A stretch of 63,904 bases of DNA, the filler included, from Acetivibrio sp. (GTDB lineage: Bacteria > Bacillota > Clostridia > Acetivibrionales > Acetivibrionaceae), in NCBI RefSeq assembly GCF_035371925.1. It is 8 parts of 8 records of this genome, joined end to end, with 100 filler letters (N's around TTAATTAATTAA, not from the genome) between each part and the next. Parts side by side here need not be neighbours in the genome. Positions count along the whole stretch, not along the records: positions 27,417 to 36,033 come from NZ_DAORXT010000110.1; positions 36,134 to 44,745 come from NZ_DAORXT010000111.1; 6 more parts are not named here. One strand, 5' to 3'. Numbering within the stretch: position 1 is the first letter of the stretch; each line of letters starts with the position of its first letter. The notes below the pieces were generated by a model. The model did not search any database. It was not told the origin of the DNA and saw only the letters and a list, made by a program, of their open reading frames with translations. Shown here one piece after another: positions 29,005 to 38,256 of this stretch. The translations under genes were made by a program, and so were the position numbers.

Positions 29005-30195
29005 ATGTCAAATTGGTTGACCGGACAAGAGTTATTGGAACGCTGGCAGATCAAGGCTTTCCAGCTATTTGATCATGTCAAAAACAACCTTCAGCCATAT
29101 GATCAGTTAGGACAACCTAAACCTCCCCCTGACGTTTATGCAAAACTTCAGAAATTGAAGAGACTGGAGGATAAGTTAGAGATGGCAAATATTCCTCAGA
29201 TAGTATGGGTTGATTATGAGTGGCAGGATGGAGGCTATGAGAAAGAGGTTATCCCTAGGGAGGAGGAAAACTACATATATGATCAAATCGAGGATGAAGT
29301 GAATAGCCTAAAGAGCGAATTGAAAGATGCTCCAACGTGTTGGCATTATTATGAATTGCCCGAACGGGAGGAAGACTGTATACCTATTTTTGACGAACTA
29401 AAAAAGTCTTTCTTCCGTATTAAGGATATAGAAAAATATGAAAAAACAAACAAAATAAATGTTATCAGAGGTTCATCAATCATGCAGGATGATTCCTTCC
29501 TCGCAGATATGCCGTCATATAGAGGAGCTTTTGTACTTCGAGGAGAGTCTTGGGAGATAACTTTTGATGGAATAACAAAGTTACTAAAGCACAGAGAGTG
29601 TATATATTATGTCGTTCAACTGTTGAAATATCCAAATCAAAAAATTCACGTCCTTGATTTAGTGAGATTTGTGAAAGGCAACTCTGCTGATGATTTACTT
29701 GAACAAAATGTAAACATGAAAAAAACTGAAGAAGAAGAAAACGATTATAGTCAAGAAGATTCCTTCGATTACAATGAGCTACATTTTTTTAAACAGAATG
29801 TAAATGTAGATAAGCTAGATAAAAATGATATTGATAAAATTAGGGAAATAGGAAATAAGTTGTTAAAAGAATTGGAATCCGCAAGAAAAAGCAAAGACAC
29901 AAAAAAAATTAAAGAAATAACAAAGAAATTAGAATATTATAAAGAATATGTTAGGAAGGAGTATGGATATCTGGTGCGCCAGAAAGGTACTCAGGTCTTC
30001 CTGACAAACAAATACTCCGCCAAAAACCCTGAAGTAGAAAAAGCAAGAAAGCTCGTTTATAAGCATATTGTTAATGCAAAAAAACATATCGGCGAGATAA
30101 TGCCAAAGCTAAAAACCTACCTGGATAATCACATAACTACCGGCGCAAACTGCAAGTTTAAGTCTAATGAGCCTGATTGGAAGATAAACCCATAA
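29005..30195 (+). CDS. hypothetical island protein, possible transcriptional regulator
   Basis: C-terminal EKARKLVYKHI...L..YL...ITTG..C.F resembles the helical C-terminal domain of some large regulators; otherwise unrecognised. Confidence 0.4.
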   Translation: MSNWLTGQELLERWQIKAFQLFDHVKNNLQPYDQLGQPKPPPDVYAKLQKLKRLEDKLEMANIPQIVWVDYEWQDGGYEKEVIPREEENYIYDQIEDEVNSLKSELKDAPTCWHYYELPEREEDCIPIFDELKKSFFRIKDIEKYEKTNKINVIRGSSIMQDDSFLADMPSYRGAFVLRGESWEITFDGITKLLKHRECIYYVVQLLKYPNQKIHVLDLVRFVKGNSADDLLEQNVNMKKTEEEENDYSQEDSFDYNELHFFKQNVNVDKLDKNDIDKIREIGNKLLKELESARKSKDTKKIKEITKKLEYYKEYVRKEYGYLVRQKGTQVFLTNKYSAKNPEVEKARKLVYKHIVNAKKHIGEIMPKLKTYLDNHITTGANCKFKSNEPDWKINP

Positions 30196-30397
30196 ACATC
30201 CAAATGCCATAAATGGCTATTTCAGTTCAGTCATTTCAAACTGACTTAAACAAATAATAGCAACGTTACAATCCGAAAAAAGCTAACCCCCAACTATCAA
30301 TTGTTTCTTTTCCTTCCTCAGCGAATTTTTCGTTCGCAAAAGCGAAGACAAAATTAGCCCCTTTCTTATAGAAGCATAAAAGAAAGGAGGTGAGCAA

Positions 30398-30616
30398 ATG
30401 GAAAAGCAATATTTAACGGAAAATGAAGTTAGTAAAATTATTGGGATGAGCGTTTTCACGCTGCGAAACTACCGTAGCTTGAGAAAGGGTATTAATTACT
30501 ACAAAATCGGCAAAAGTGTTCGTTACTTATTGGAAGATGTAAACAATTTCATGAGTTTACACAAAATCAGCGTTAACAGTGTATCAAATAAAAACAATAC
30601 AAAAGGAGGAGAATAA
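30398..30616 (+). CDS. AlpA/excisionase-type HTH protein
   Basis: YLTENEVSKIIGMSVFTLRNYRS...GINYYKIGKSVRY. Confidence 0.85.
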   Translation: MEKQYLTENEVSKIIGMSVFTLRNYRSLRKGINYYKIGKSVRYLLEDVNNFMSLHKISVNSVSNKNNTKGGE

Positions 30617-30619
30617 AAA

Positions 30620-31819
30620 ATGGAACCGAAAGAATACATAACGAACAATACATTAAAAGCATCCACCGACAAACAGATGGTGGACAATACTGAAAAGAAA
30701 GATATCGTAATGAAAGAAGCCACAGCAAAGAACGTACTGATGATCACACCCACCGGTGAGATGCTCACACTCGACGATCTTGAACTGAAATTCTGCAAAG
30801 AGGAAATCGAAGACATCGAGATAGGTACTCTTAAAAGGATCAATGTTCCCGATTATAAATTACCCTTTAAATCAGTGCATCCTGTTGTTATAAGGACTCC
30901 AGATAGCTATTATCTAAGAGATGGTGCTGATTTGGTCAAGGCAGCTGAAACTGATGGCTTGGCCTTCATAAGGGCTAGAGTTCTTTATACAGACAAATCA
31001 TGCTCTCAAGCACTCGAAATAAGCAAAATCGACAGCAGGCTTTTATCAGATAACGGGGATACAATCTTTGCGGAAAAAATCAGAAATATTTCAAGAGAAA
31101 TCGATATATTGCAGAAAATACCCAGTATTTATATGACAAAAAAACAAGGAGGTATTCAACCAAATAATGACAAAATCGATATCCTTGAGCACTTGGCTGA
31201 AAAATATCACAAAAAGAGATCTACAATGGTCAATTATAGGTCATACGGTATACATATAGATGATATAGCCTTCAATAAAATAATAGAAAAAGACAAGAAA
31301 AAGGAGTTCTTCGAATCAATCCAGGCAAGAAAAACAGCACTTATAAAGGAGCTTAATAAAGTAAAAACACCCTATGACAAGATTACAGAAATCGTTTCAA
31401 AACATGTTCTTAAATGGCTCATGGAAGAAGATGAAAAGAAAAAAGCCCCCCCTCTATCAATTGAAAAGAAAAATTCACCTCAAACTTCAAATCAAGAGGA
31501 TGAAACCCCTGATAACTTGATAGAATTAATGGAAGAGGAATCTGAAACGATTGAAGAAGAAACTGCCTATGATGACTTGGAAAATCAAAAAACTCCCGAC
31601 GATGACATTGTTAATGAACAAATCGGCATGGACAATATCCTTATAAAACTCAAAGAACTCAGCAAGAAGCTTGCCTTGTATTCAGAGGCACAGGAAACAG
31701 CAACGGTCTTGGAAAGAGGCATAAGAGAGATTGCGCAATCTTTACTCGACATTTCCATTGAACTCAATAAAATTGCCGAACAAACAACAATTGATATGGC
31801 AATAAGAAAGGCTATGTAA
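30620..31819 (+). CDS. degenerate ParB/Srx-like protein with acidic C-terminus
   Basis: HPVVIR...YYLRDG...AA...G...IRARV pattern; later HTH-like LAEKYHKKRSTMVNY. Confidence 0.5.
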   Translation: MEPKEYITNNTLKASTDKQMVDNTEKKDIVMKEATAKNVLMITPTGEMLTLDDLELKFCKEEIEDIEIGTLKRINVPDYKLPFKSVHPVVIRTPDSYYLRDGADLVKAAETDGLAFIRARVLYTDKSCSQALEISKIDSRLLSDNGDTIFAEKIRNISREIDILQKIPSIYMTKKQGGIQPNNDKIDILEHLAEKYHKKRSTMVNYRSYGIHIDDIAFNKIIEKDKKKEFFESIQARKTALIKELNKVKTPYDKITEIVSKHVLKWLMEEDEKKKAPPLSIEKKNSPQTSNQEDETPDNLIELMEEESETIEEETAYDDLENQKTPDDDIVNEQIGMDNILIKLKELSKKLALYSEAQETATVLERGIREIAQSLLDISIELNKIAEQTTIDMAIRKAM

Positions 31820-31820
31820 A

Positions 31821-32978
31821 ATGGGAGAATTGATCCACGTTATTTCAGGAACCGGGCTAGACATAAAAAGTCTGCCCTCCCAATTCCCTCAAGGCATACT
31901 CGTCAACGCCGTTGATACTGGTGCTACCCTTGGTATCTTTCGGCAGACTAAAAACATTATAAACTGGGTGAAGTCGCACAATCCCTCCGTGAAGACTGTT
32001 CTTGACTGTGGGGCGTTTAGCGCAATGAACGCTGCAAAAAAAGGAAAGACAATTGTTTATGATATGAGCAATCCTCGAAATTATTATGGAAACTACTTTA
32101 ATTTGACTCCTGTTCACGCTATTCGAATCCAGAGGAAACTACAGCTGGATGTCATGATTAGCTTGGACAAAATCGCGCCGAAAGTTTCCACAGACCCCGA
32201 AAGGGAGTATCAATGGATGGCAGTCCACACATTTAATGTCCTGAACTGCATACGGACAGTCGAGCTAAAAGAAATTTATTGTAAGAATATTGACATGGCA
32301 CTTCTGGTGCCGCTTCAGGTCTATGACCTGCAACAATTCTCGATATTTTTGAAAGATATTCAAAGGGTGATGAATAAGATTGACGGATTTTCTTGTCCAC
32401 GGCGAAACCTTAATCCAATAAAGCTTATTTTATTTTTACTAAAGATTTATCTGACCGGAAAAACCCAAATATGTCATATCCTTGGTACAACTGCCTTCGG
32501 CATGGTTGTCGTCTGCGCATATGCAGCTCGACATTGGTTCGACGTTATTACTTATGATGCGACTTCATGGAGGTTGTACAGTAAATGGGAGTATTATCTG
32601 TTCCGCTATAATCTAAAATCATTAAGGCTGAGAAAAGACATCTTTGTTGATCGGAGTGTCCTAAGCGCACCGCTCAGCTGCGACTGCGAATGGTGCCAGA
32701 AATATGCAAACCTGGGAGAAATACGGGATTTGGAATATTCACAAAAGAGAGAGTTTCTTGAACGGCACAATTTTTTTGTGATCGACAAGTTTTGCCAAGA
32801 AGCCTTTGAACATGCAGATTCCGTCAGCGAGCTGAAAAGATACCTTTTTGCAAGGACAAAAGGCAGTCGCAATGAAGAAATTGAACAGATTTGTCGTTAC
32901 CTTGAAATTGCAGATAAAATAAAAGATACGATTTCGCATAAAGGTCTGGAAGCGCTTTGGAGACAAAATTGTAAATAG
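31821..32978 (+). CDS. tRNA-guanine transglycosylase-fold (TGT/DpdA-like) protein
   Basis: LDCGAFS, ISLD, PLQ, HILG, YDATSW and Zn site CDCEWC...HN in TGT order. Confidence 0.75.
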   Translation: MGELIHVISGTGLDIKSLPSQFPQGILVNAVDTGATLGIFRQTKNIINWVKSHNPSVKTVLDCGAFSAMNAAKKGKTIVYDMSNPRNYYGNYFNLTPVHAIRIQRKLQLDVMISLDKIAPKVSTDPEREYQWMAVHTFNVLNCIRTVELKEIYCKNIDMALLVPLQVYDLQQFSIFLKDIQRVMNKIDGFSCPRRNLNPIKLILFLLKIYLTGKTQICHILGTTAFGMVVVCAYAARHWFDVITYDATSWRLYSKWEYYLFRYNLKSLRLRKDIFVDRSVLSAPLSCDCEWCQKYANLGEIRDLEYSQKREFLERHNFFVIDKFCQEAFEHADSVSELKRYLFARTKGSRNEEIEQICRYLEIADKIKDTISHKGLEALWRQNCK

Positions 32979-33032
32979 CACTAAAAACACCACCCTATAA
33001 TGGGGTGAGACCAAATCAGGAGGTTTTAAGCA

Positions 33033-35339
33033 ATGCAACATAACAACAATATAGATCAAAAAAAGCTTATTTCGAATTATTTCACAATAATCAACAACAA
33101 CGCCCATATTGATGGTTTTCGAAACATATTTATAAAACCCGATAATAGAACATTTACCTTCCATATAAACGAGCTCAACAAAATGGTAGATAAGATTTGT
33201 GAACTTACAAATCAACATGACGTCTACTATGAGGTATGCCTGCAAAAAGAATCACCTTTACCAGGAAGAAGGGGAAGTGAAAAAGGAGTCATTGCGGTCC
33301 CGGGTTTCTGGCTGGACATAGACATTAAGGGTGGTCACCACATAGAAGACAATCTATTCCCTGATCTGAAAACATCTTTATCATTCCTTAAAGAGTCAAT
33401 TGCATTAACTCCAACCCTAATTATTTTCACTGGCGGTGGCATTCATGTATACTGGCTCTTTAAAGAACCATATCTGATAAGCAAAGAACATGACAGACAT
33501 CTCATTTCGTCTTTATCAGACCAGTTTCAGACCAGTGTCATCAACATAGCTAGACAAAATGGTTATCACATCGATAAAACATCAGACCTCGCAAGGCTAC
33601 TCAGAATTCCAGGAACATATAATAGAAAAGGAGATCCAGTCTTAGTGACCATACTGACTTATGAAGACAATAGATATTCTATAACTGATTTTAATTTTAT
33701 CCCTCTACCTTCCGCACCAACTGAAGCAATACAAAATATTCCCCCCGGTCTCATCCAACAAGGCACCAGAAACAACACTCTCACAGCTATCGCAGGAAAA
33801 CTTGTTCAACTGGGGCTATCGAAAGACAAAATCACAAATCTTCTCTCAGAAACAAACACAACCCATTGTACACCCCCTCTTCCCGATACTGAGATTTTAC
33901 AAATCGTCAAAAACATTCAACAATACCAGACGGATACAAAAAGTTTTACCGACCTTGGAAATGCAGAGCGTCTAGTCAATAAATACGGGGAAGACATCCG
34001 CTATTCCCATCAGGTAAAGTCATGGTACATCTGGGACACTATGAGGTTCAGCCTTGACGTTACAAGCAGGATCACTGAACTGGCAAAGGAGACCGTAAAA
34101 GAAATATTCATCGAATCCGCCAAATATTCACAATTAAACCCCAGACACGCTGATGCACTCAAGAAACATGCCATGAAATCATCAATGCACCAGAGGATCA
34201 ACGCCATGATTACTTTGGCTCAGAGCGACCCGAAAGTGGCAATAGATATTGACAAACTTGACACATCCCCATGGTTTCTAAACTGTCAAAACGGAACCCT
34301 TGATTTGAGAACAGGAGAATTGCATCCCCACAGAAGAGAACACCTGATCACGAAGTTGATTCCTATTGAATATGATGCAGACGCCCAATGTCCACAGTTT
34401 CTTGAATTTCTTTACACAATCATGGGAAGAAACACCGACCTTGTATCCTATCTCAAAAGAATTTTTGGGTATGCTCTCACCGGAACCACCATTGAGCAGT
34501 GCATTTTTATCTTCTTCGGTATCGGCGGGAACGGCAAAACAACCCTTCTGGAGATCATCAGGAAGGTTCTTGCGGATTATGCCAAAAATGCAGAATTCGA
34601 TTCCTTCATCTACAGGCTGAACTCTACAATACGAAACGACCTCGCAAGGCTCTGCGGATCACGTTTTGTTACAGCCTCTGAACCTGAAAGAAACGTAACC
34701 CTCTCAGAATCTCTCGTCAAACAGATTACAGGAGGCGAACCTATTACCGTAAGGCTTCTTCACAAGGAGTACTTCGAATTCTTCCCAACCTTCAAGGTCT
34801 TCTTCGCGGTCAATAAAAAGCCTAACATCATAGGGGCTGATACAGGCATCTGGAGAAGAATCAGGCTCATTCCTTTCAACGTCACCATTTCAGAGAATCA
34901 GAGAGATAAGAATCTTTTAGAAAAACTCCAAAAGGAACTTCCAGGTATTCTTTCCTGGGCTGTTGAAGGATGTATGGAGTGGCAGAGAGAAGGTCTTCAG
35001 GAGCCGAAAGAGGTTCTGGAAGAAACAAATTATTACAAATACATAATGGACGATTTTGCAGACTATATAGCAGATCAATGTATTGTCGGACCAACGGAAT
35101 ATGTGGGAACAAAGGAACTCTTTCAGAACTACACAAATTGGAGCAATTATAAAAAGCTGAAATCAATTGGTAAAAAAGAGTTCAATGAAAAAATAAAAGA
35201 ACGAGGATATACCCAGAAAAGGGACTCTAAAACACAAGGATGGAAATGGAGCGGAATAGGACTGAAAAAGAACCTGGTCCAGGAAACACTAACGGACAGT
35301 CCTAAAGTTGATGAACATGAAAGGACTTGCAATGAGTAG
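33033..35339 (+). CDS. P4/PICI-type primase-helicase (AEP prim-pol, PriCT-1, D5_N, SF3 helicase)
   Basis: WLDID, TGGGIHVYW, RLLRIPGTYN, GTRNNTL, FTDLGNAERL, GIGGNGKTT, FVTASE. Confidence 0.92.
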   Translation: MQHNNNIDQKKLISNYFTIINNNAHIDGFRNIFIKPDNRTFTFHINELNKMVDKICELTNQHDVYYEVCLQKESPLPGRRGSEKGVIAVPGFWLDIDIKGGHHIEDNLFPDLKTSLSFLKESIALTPTLIIFTGGGIHVYWLFKEPYLISKEHDRHLISSLSDQFQTSVINIARQNGYHIDKTSDLARLLRIPGTYNRKGDPVLVTILTYEDNRYSITDFNFIPLPSAPTEAIQNIPPGLIQQGTRNNTLTAIAGKLVQLGLSKDKITNLLSETNTTHCTPPLPDTEILQIVKNIQQYQTDTKSFTDLGNAERLVNKYGEDIRYSHQVKSWYIWDTMRFSLDVTSRITELAKETVKEIFIESAKYSQLNPRHADALKKHAMKSSMHQRINAMITLAQSDPKVAIDIDKLDTSPWFLNCQNGTLDLRTGELHPHRREHLITKLIPIEYDADAQCPQFLEFLYTIMGRNTDLVSYLKRIFGYALTGTTIEQCIFIFFGIGGNGKTTLLEIIRKVLADYAKNAEFDSFIYRLNSTIRNDLARLCGSRFVTASEPERNVTLSESLVKQITGGEPITVRLLHKEYFEFFPTFKVFFAVNKKPNIIGADTGIWRRIRLIPFNVTISENQRDKNLLEKLQKELPGILSWAVEGCMEWQREGLQEPKEVLEETNYYKYIMDDFADYIADQCIVGPTEYVGTKELFQNYTNWSNYKKLKSIGKKEFNEKIKERGYTQKRDSKTQGWKWSGIGLKKNLVQETLTDSPKVDEHERTCNE

Positions 35340-35557
35340 CTCTACAGGTCGCATACCCGGGAAGAATGGGAAGAAAAAATGTATATTTATATTTTTATTT
35401 ATATTTTTATTTTTAATAATAAAAAAAATAAAAATAAATAATTTTTCCCTTTTTTCCCTTATATATTTTTTAAAAATAATTCTGATCTTTTTCTGGGTCA
35501 GTTCTGTTTCTGATACCAGACCTGAAATGAATTCACATGAAAAAGGAGGTATAAATT

Positions 35558-35983
35558 ATGAATATATTAAAACTATCTGATTCAACGAATAAAATATTGA
35601 ACAGCAAGGATTTTGTATACCCTGACGACTTTATAATAAAGGTAAACAAAGTTACTGGGGTCCACAAGTCCTGCATCAAAAGTGTATGTGAATCACTGCA
35701 TATATCTAATGATACTGAAATCATTAATGACATTGCAAGATTGATTATAATATGTACTCTTATTAATTCTGACAATGGTAACAAAAATTTTTTAAAATCT
35801 TTAATTGCTGATAAGATAGATGAGGCCTTAAAAAAAATTTTTAGAGATATGAATAAGCTAATGATGACACTAGATTGTGGAAAGAAAAGTTATTGTGATT
35901 ACTCTTATGAATGGAGAAAAAGACTTAAAAAAGTAGTATTATTTGCGATAGGGTATTATATTAAGAAAAATATTTTAAAGTGA
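35558..35983 (+). CDS. hypothetical island protein
   Basis: 141-aa ORF behind AAGGAGGT RBS, co-oriented after the primase. Confidence 0.55.
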   Translation: MNILKLSDSTNKILNSKDFVYPDDFIIKVNKVTGVHKSCIKSVCESLHISNDTEIINDIARLIIICTLINSDNGNKNFLKSLIADKIDEALKKIFRDMNKLMMTLDCGKKSYCDYSYEWRKRLKKVVLFAIGYYIKKNILK

Positions 35984-36033
35984 TGTTTAAAAATGGGTCA
36001 GCGGCGAGATTCTTTTTCCAGATCTGGCCGCTG

Positions 36034-36133
36034 NNNNNNNNNNNNNNNNNNNNNNNNNNNNNNNNNNNNNNNNNNNNTTAATTAATTAANNNNNNNNNNN
36101 NNNNNNNNNNNNNNNNNNNNNNNNNNNNNNNNN
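36034..36133. other. artificial contig linker
   Basis: 44 N + TTAATTAATTAA + 44 N. Confidence 0.98.
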
Positions 36134-36239
36134 CAATAGGTTTAAGAAATTTTATTTAGAACCGATACTTTTTGTGGGATAATCATATGATAATATTAAT
36201 TATGAGTATTGCAATACAGTGTTGAAAGGAAGATGCGCT

Positions 36240-37274
36240 TTGTTTGGGCTTGGACAGGACATAGGTATTGATTTGGGAACGGCATCAGTACTTGTTTATA
36301 TAAAAGGAAAAGGCATAGTATTAAAAGAACCTTCGGTTGTGGCAATCGATAAAAATACAAACAAGCTTCTGGCTGTGGGAGAGGAAGCTAGGCGAATGCT
36401 TGGCAGGACTCCCGGGAATATTGTCGCAATAAGGCCTTTAAGAGACGGTGTAATATCCGATTATGATATTACTGAGAAAATGTTAAAGCACTTTATTGGC
36501 AAGGTATGCGGCAACAAGGCATTTAAGTTTTTCAAGCCAAGGATTGTTGTATGTGTGCCCAGCGGAGTTACCGAGGTGGAAAAACGAGCGGTAAGAGAGG
36601 CTGCAATGCAGGCCGGTGCGCGAAAGACGTATCTTATTGAAGAGCCGATAGCCGCTGCAATCGGGGCTGGTATCGATATTTCAAAGGCTTGCGGAAGCAT
36701 GGTAATAGACGTGGGTGGAGGTACCACCGACATAGCCGTTATATCCCTCGGCGGTATTGTTGTAAGTTCTTCCATCAAAGTTGCGGGGGACAAGTTTGAT
36801 GAAGCTATTTCAAGATATATGAGGAAAAAACACAATATTATGATAGGGGAACGTACTGCTGAAGAGTTGAAAATCAATGTCGGTACGGTTTATCCCAGGG
36901 TACAGGAAGTATCCATGGATATTAGGGGAAGAAATCTTATATCGGGGTTGCCGAAGACCATTACCGTTACTTCCTCAGAGATTATGGAGGCCTTGGAAGA
37001 GCCCATTTCAAGTATTGTGGAAGTTGTGCACTCGGTTCTCGAAAGGACACCGCCGGAGCTTGCCGCAGATATCAGCGACCGCGGTATTGTAATGACCGGT
37101 GGAGGAAGTCTCGTATACGGATTTGACAAGTTGATACAGGAAAAGACAGGAATAAACGTAGTTATTGCAGATGATGCCGTGTCATGTGTGGCCCTGGGAA
37201 CAGGCAAGGCGCTTGAACATTTGGAGGCCATTGAAAAAAGTGAACAAGGTGACAGCACTGTTAATTATATCTAA
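36240..37274 (+). CDS. mbl: MreB-like actin homolog Mbl
   Basis: DIGIDLGT, IEEPIAAAIG, DVGGGTTD, MTGGG; precedes flgF-flgG as in Firmicutes; TTG start. Confidence 0.88.
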   Translation: MFGLGQDIGIDLGTASVLVYIKGKGIVLKEPSVVAIDKNTNKLLAVGEEARRMLGRTPGNIVAIRPLRDGVISDYDITEKMLKHFIGKVCGNKAFKFFKPRIVVCVPSGVTEVEKRAVREAAMQAGARKTYLIEEPIAAAIGAGIDISKACGSMVIDVGGGTTDIAVISLGGIVVSSSIKVAGDKFDEAISRYMRKKHNIMIGERTAEELKINVGTVYPRVQEVSMDIRGRNLISGLPKTITVTSSEIMEALEEPISSIVEVVHSVLERTPPELAADISDRGIVMTGGGSLVYGFDKLIQEKTGINVVIADDAVSCVALGTGKALEHLEAIEKSEQGDSTVNYI

Positions 37275-37300
37275 GAAATTGCATTTGGTTTTAATATATG

Positions 37301-37329
37301 AAAAGTCGGGTAAAAATCCCGGCTTTTTT
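37301..37329 (+). terminator. terminator after mbl
   Basis: AAAAGTCGGG...CCCGGCTTTTTT. Confidence 0.75.
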
Positions 37330-37372
37330 GTTTTAAACTTTTGGAGTTGTCTTTTAAGATAATATTTTCTAC

Positions 37373-37399
37373 TAAACCATTTAAATAAATATCCGATAT
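37373..37399 (+). promoter_or_regulatory. sigma-28 (SigD/FliA)-type promoter
   Basis: TAAA-N15-TCCGATAT upstream of the flagellar rod genes. Confidence 0.6.
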
Positions 37400-37463
37400 T
37401 CTATATTGAAAGAAAAGTAAGATAGCTGAAAGAAGATAAATTACGTTTCTAGGAGATTGGATT

Positions 37464-38243
37464 ATGATTAGAGGTCTTTACACGTCAGGTTGGAGTATGC
37501 TTGCCAATAGCAAACAAATGGATGTCGTATCCAACAATCTTGCAAATGTAAATACCACTGCATACAAAAAAGACACGGTGATATTGGAGAGCTTTCCCGA
37601 TGCATTGGTAAGAAGGATTAACGACAGCCACAGCAGCAGTAATCCTTCGGGAAGGTTGGGGTATGTACAGCTGGGAAATGATGTGGGAGAGGTGTTTACA
37701 TATTATAATCAAGGACAGCTCCAAAAGACAGACAACAGCTTGGACATGGCGATTTCCAATTGCGATACAGCCTTCTTTACCGTAGCAGTACCTGCCGAAA
37801 ACGGAGCGTTCAGAGAGTATTATACGAGGGATGGCTCTTTTGCGCTGAATGCATACGGACAACTGGTGACAAAGGAAGGCTACCTCGTAATGGGCCAAAA
37901 TGGCGTTATTACTCTTAATTCGGAGAATTTCAGTGTTAGTGATGACGGTACGATTGTTGAAAACGGGCAGGCCGTTGACAGACTGTTGATAAGAAATTTT
38001 ACGGATACCGCAACACTTAGAAAAGTGGGTTCAAATCTTGTGCAAAGAAGTGAGAATACAGAGGAGCAAGAGTTTGACGGTGTAGTAAGGCAGGGTTATC
38101 TTGAACAGTCAAACGTAAATTCCATTAATGAAATGATTAATATGATTACAATAATGCGTTCCTATGAGGCAAATCAAAAAATCCTTCAGGCCCAGGACGA
38201 AACGCTTCAAAAAGCAGTAAACGAAATAGGAGTTGTAAGATAG
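37464..38243 (+). CDS. flgF: flagellar basal-body rod protein FlgF/FlhO-like
   Basis: SNNLANVNT, YTRDGSF, GYLEQSNVN, RSYEANQK. Confidence 0.85.
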   Translation: MIRGLYTSGWSMLANSKQMDVVSNNLANVNTTAYKKDTVILESFPDALVRRINDSHSSSNPSGRLGYVQLGNDVGEVFTYYNQGQLQKTDNSLDMAISNCDTAFFTVAVPAENGAFREYYTRDGSFALNAYGQLVTKEGYLVMGQNGVITLNSENFSVSDDGTIVENGQAVDRLLIRNFTDTATLRKVGSNLVQRSENTEEQEFDGVVRQGYLEQSNVNSINEMINMITIMRSYEANQKILQAQDETLQKAVNEIGVVR

Positions 38244-38256
38244 GAGGATAATTATT

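Larger units (their letters stand above)
27424..36033 (+). mobile_element. tRNA-Arg-integrated PICI/P4-like satellite or integrative element
   Basis: att, tyrosine integrase, regulator-like gene, AlpA/Xis HTH, cargo, primase-helicase; no capsid or conjugation genes in the contig. Confidence 0.8.
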
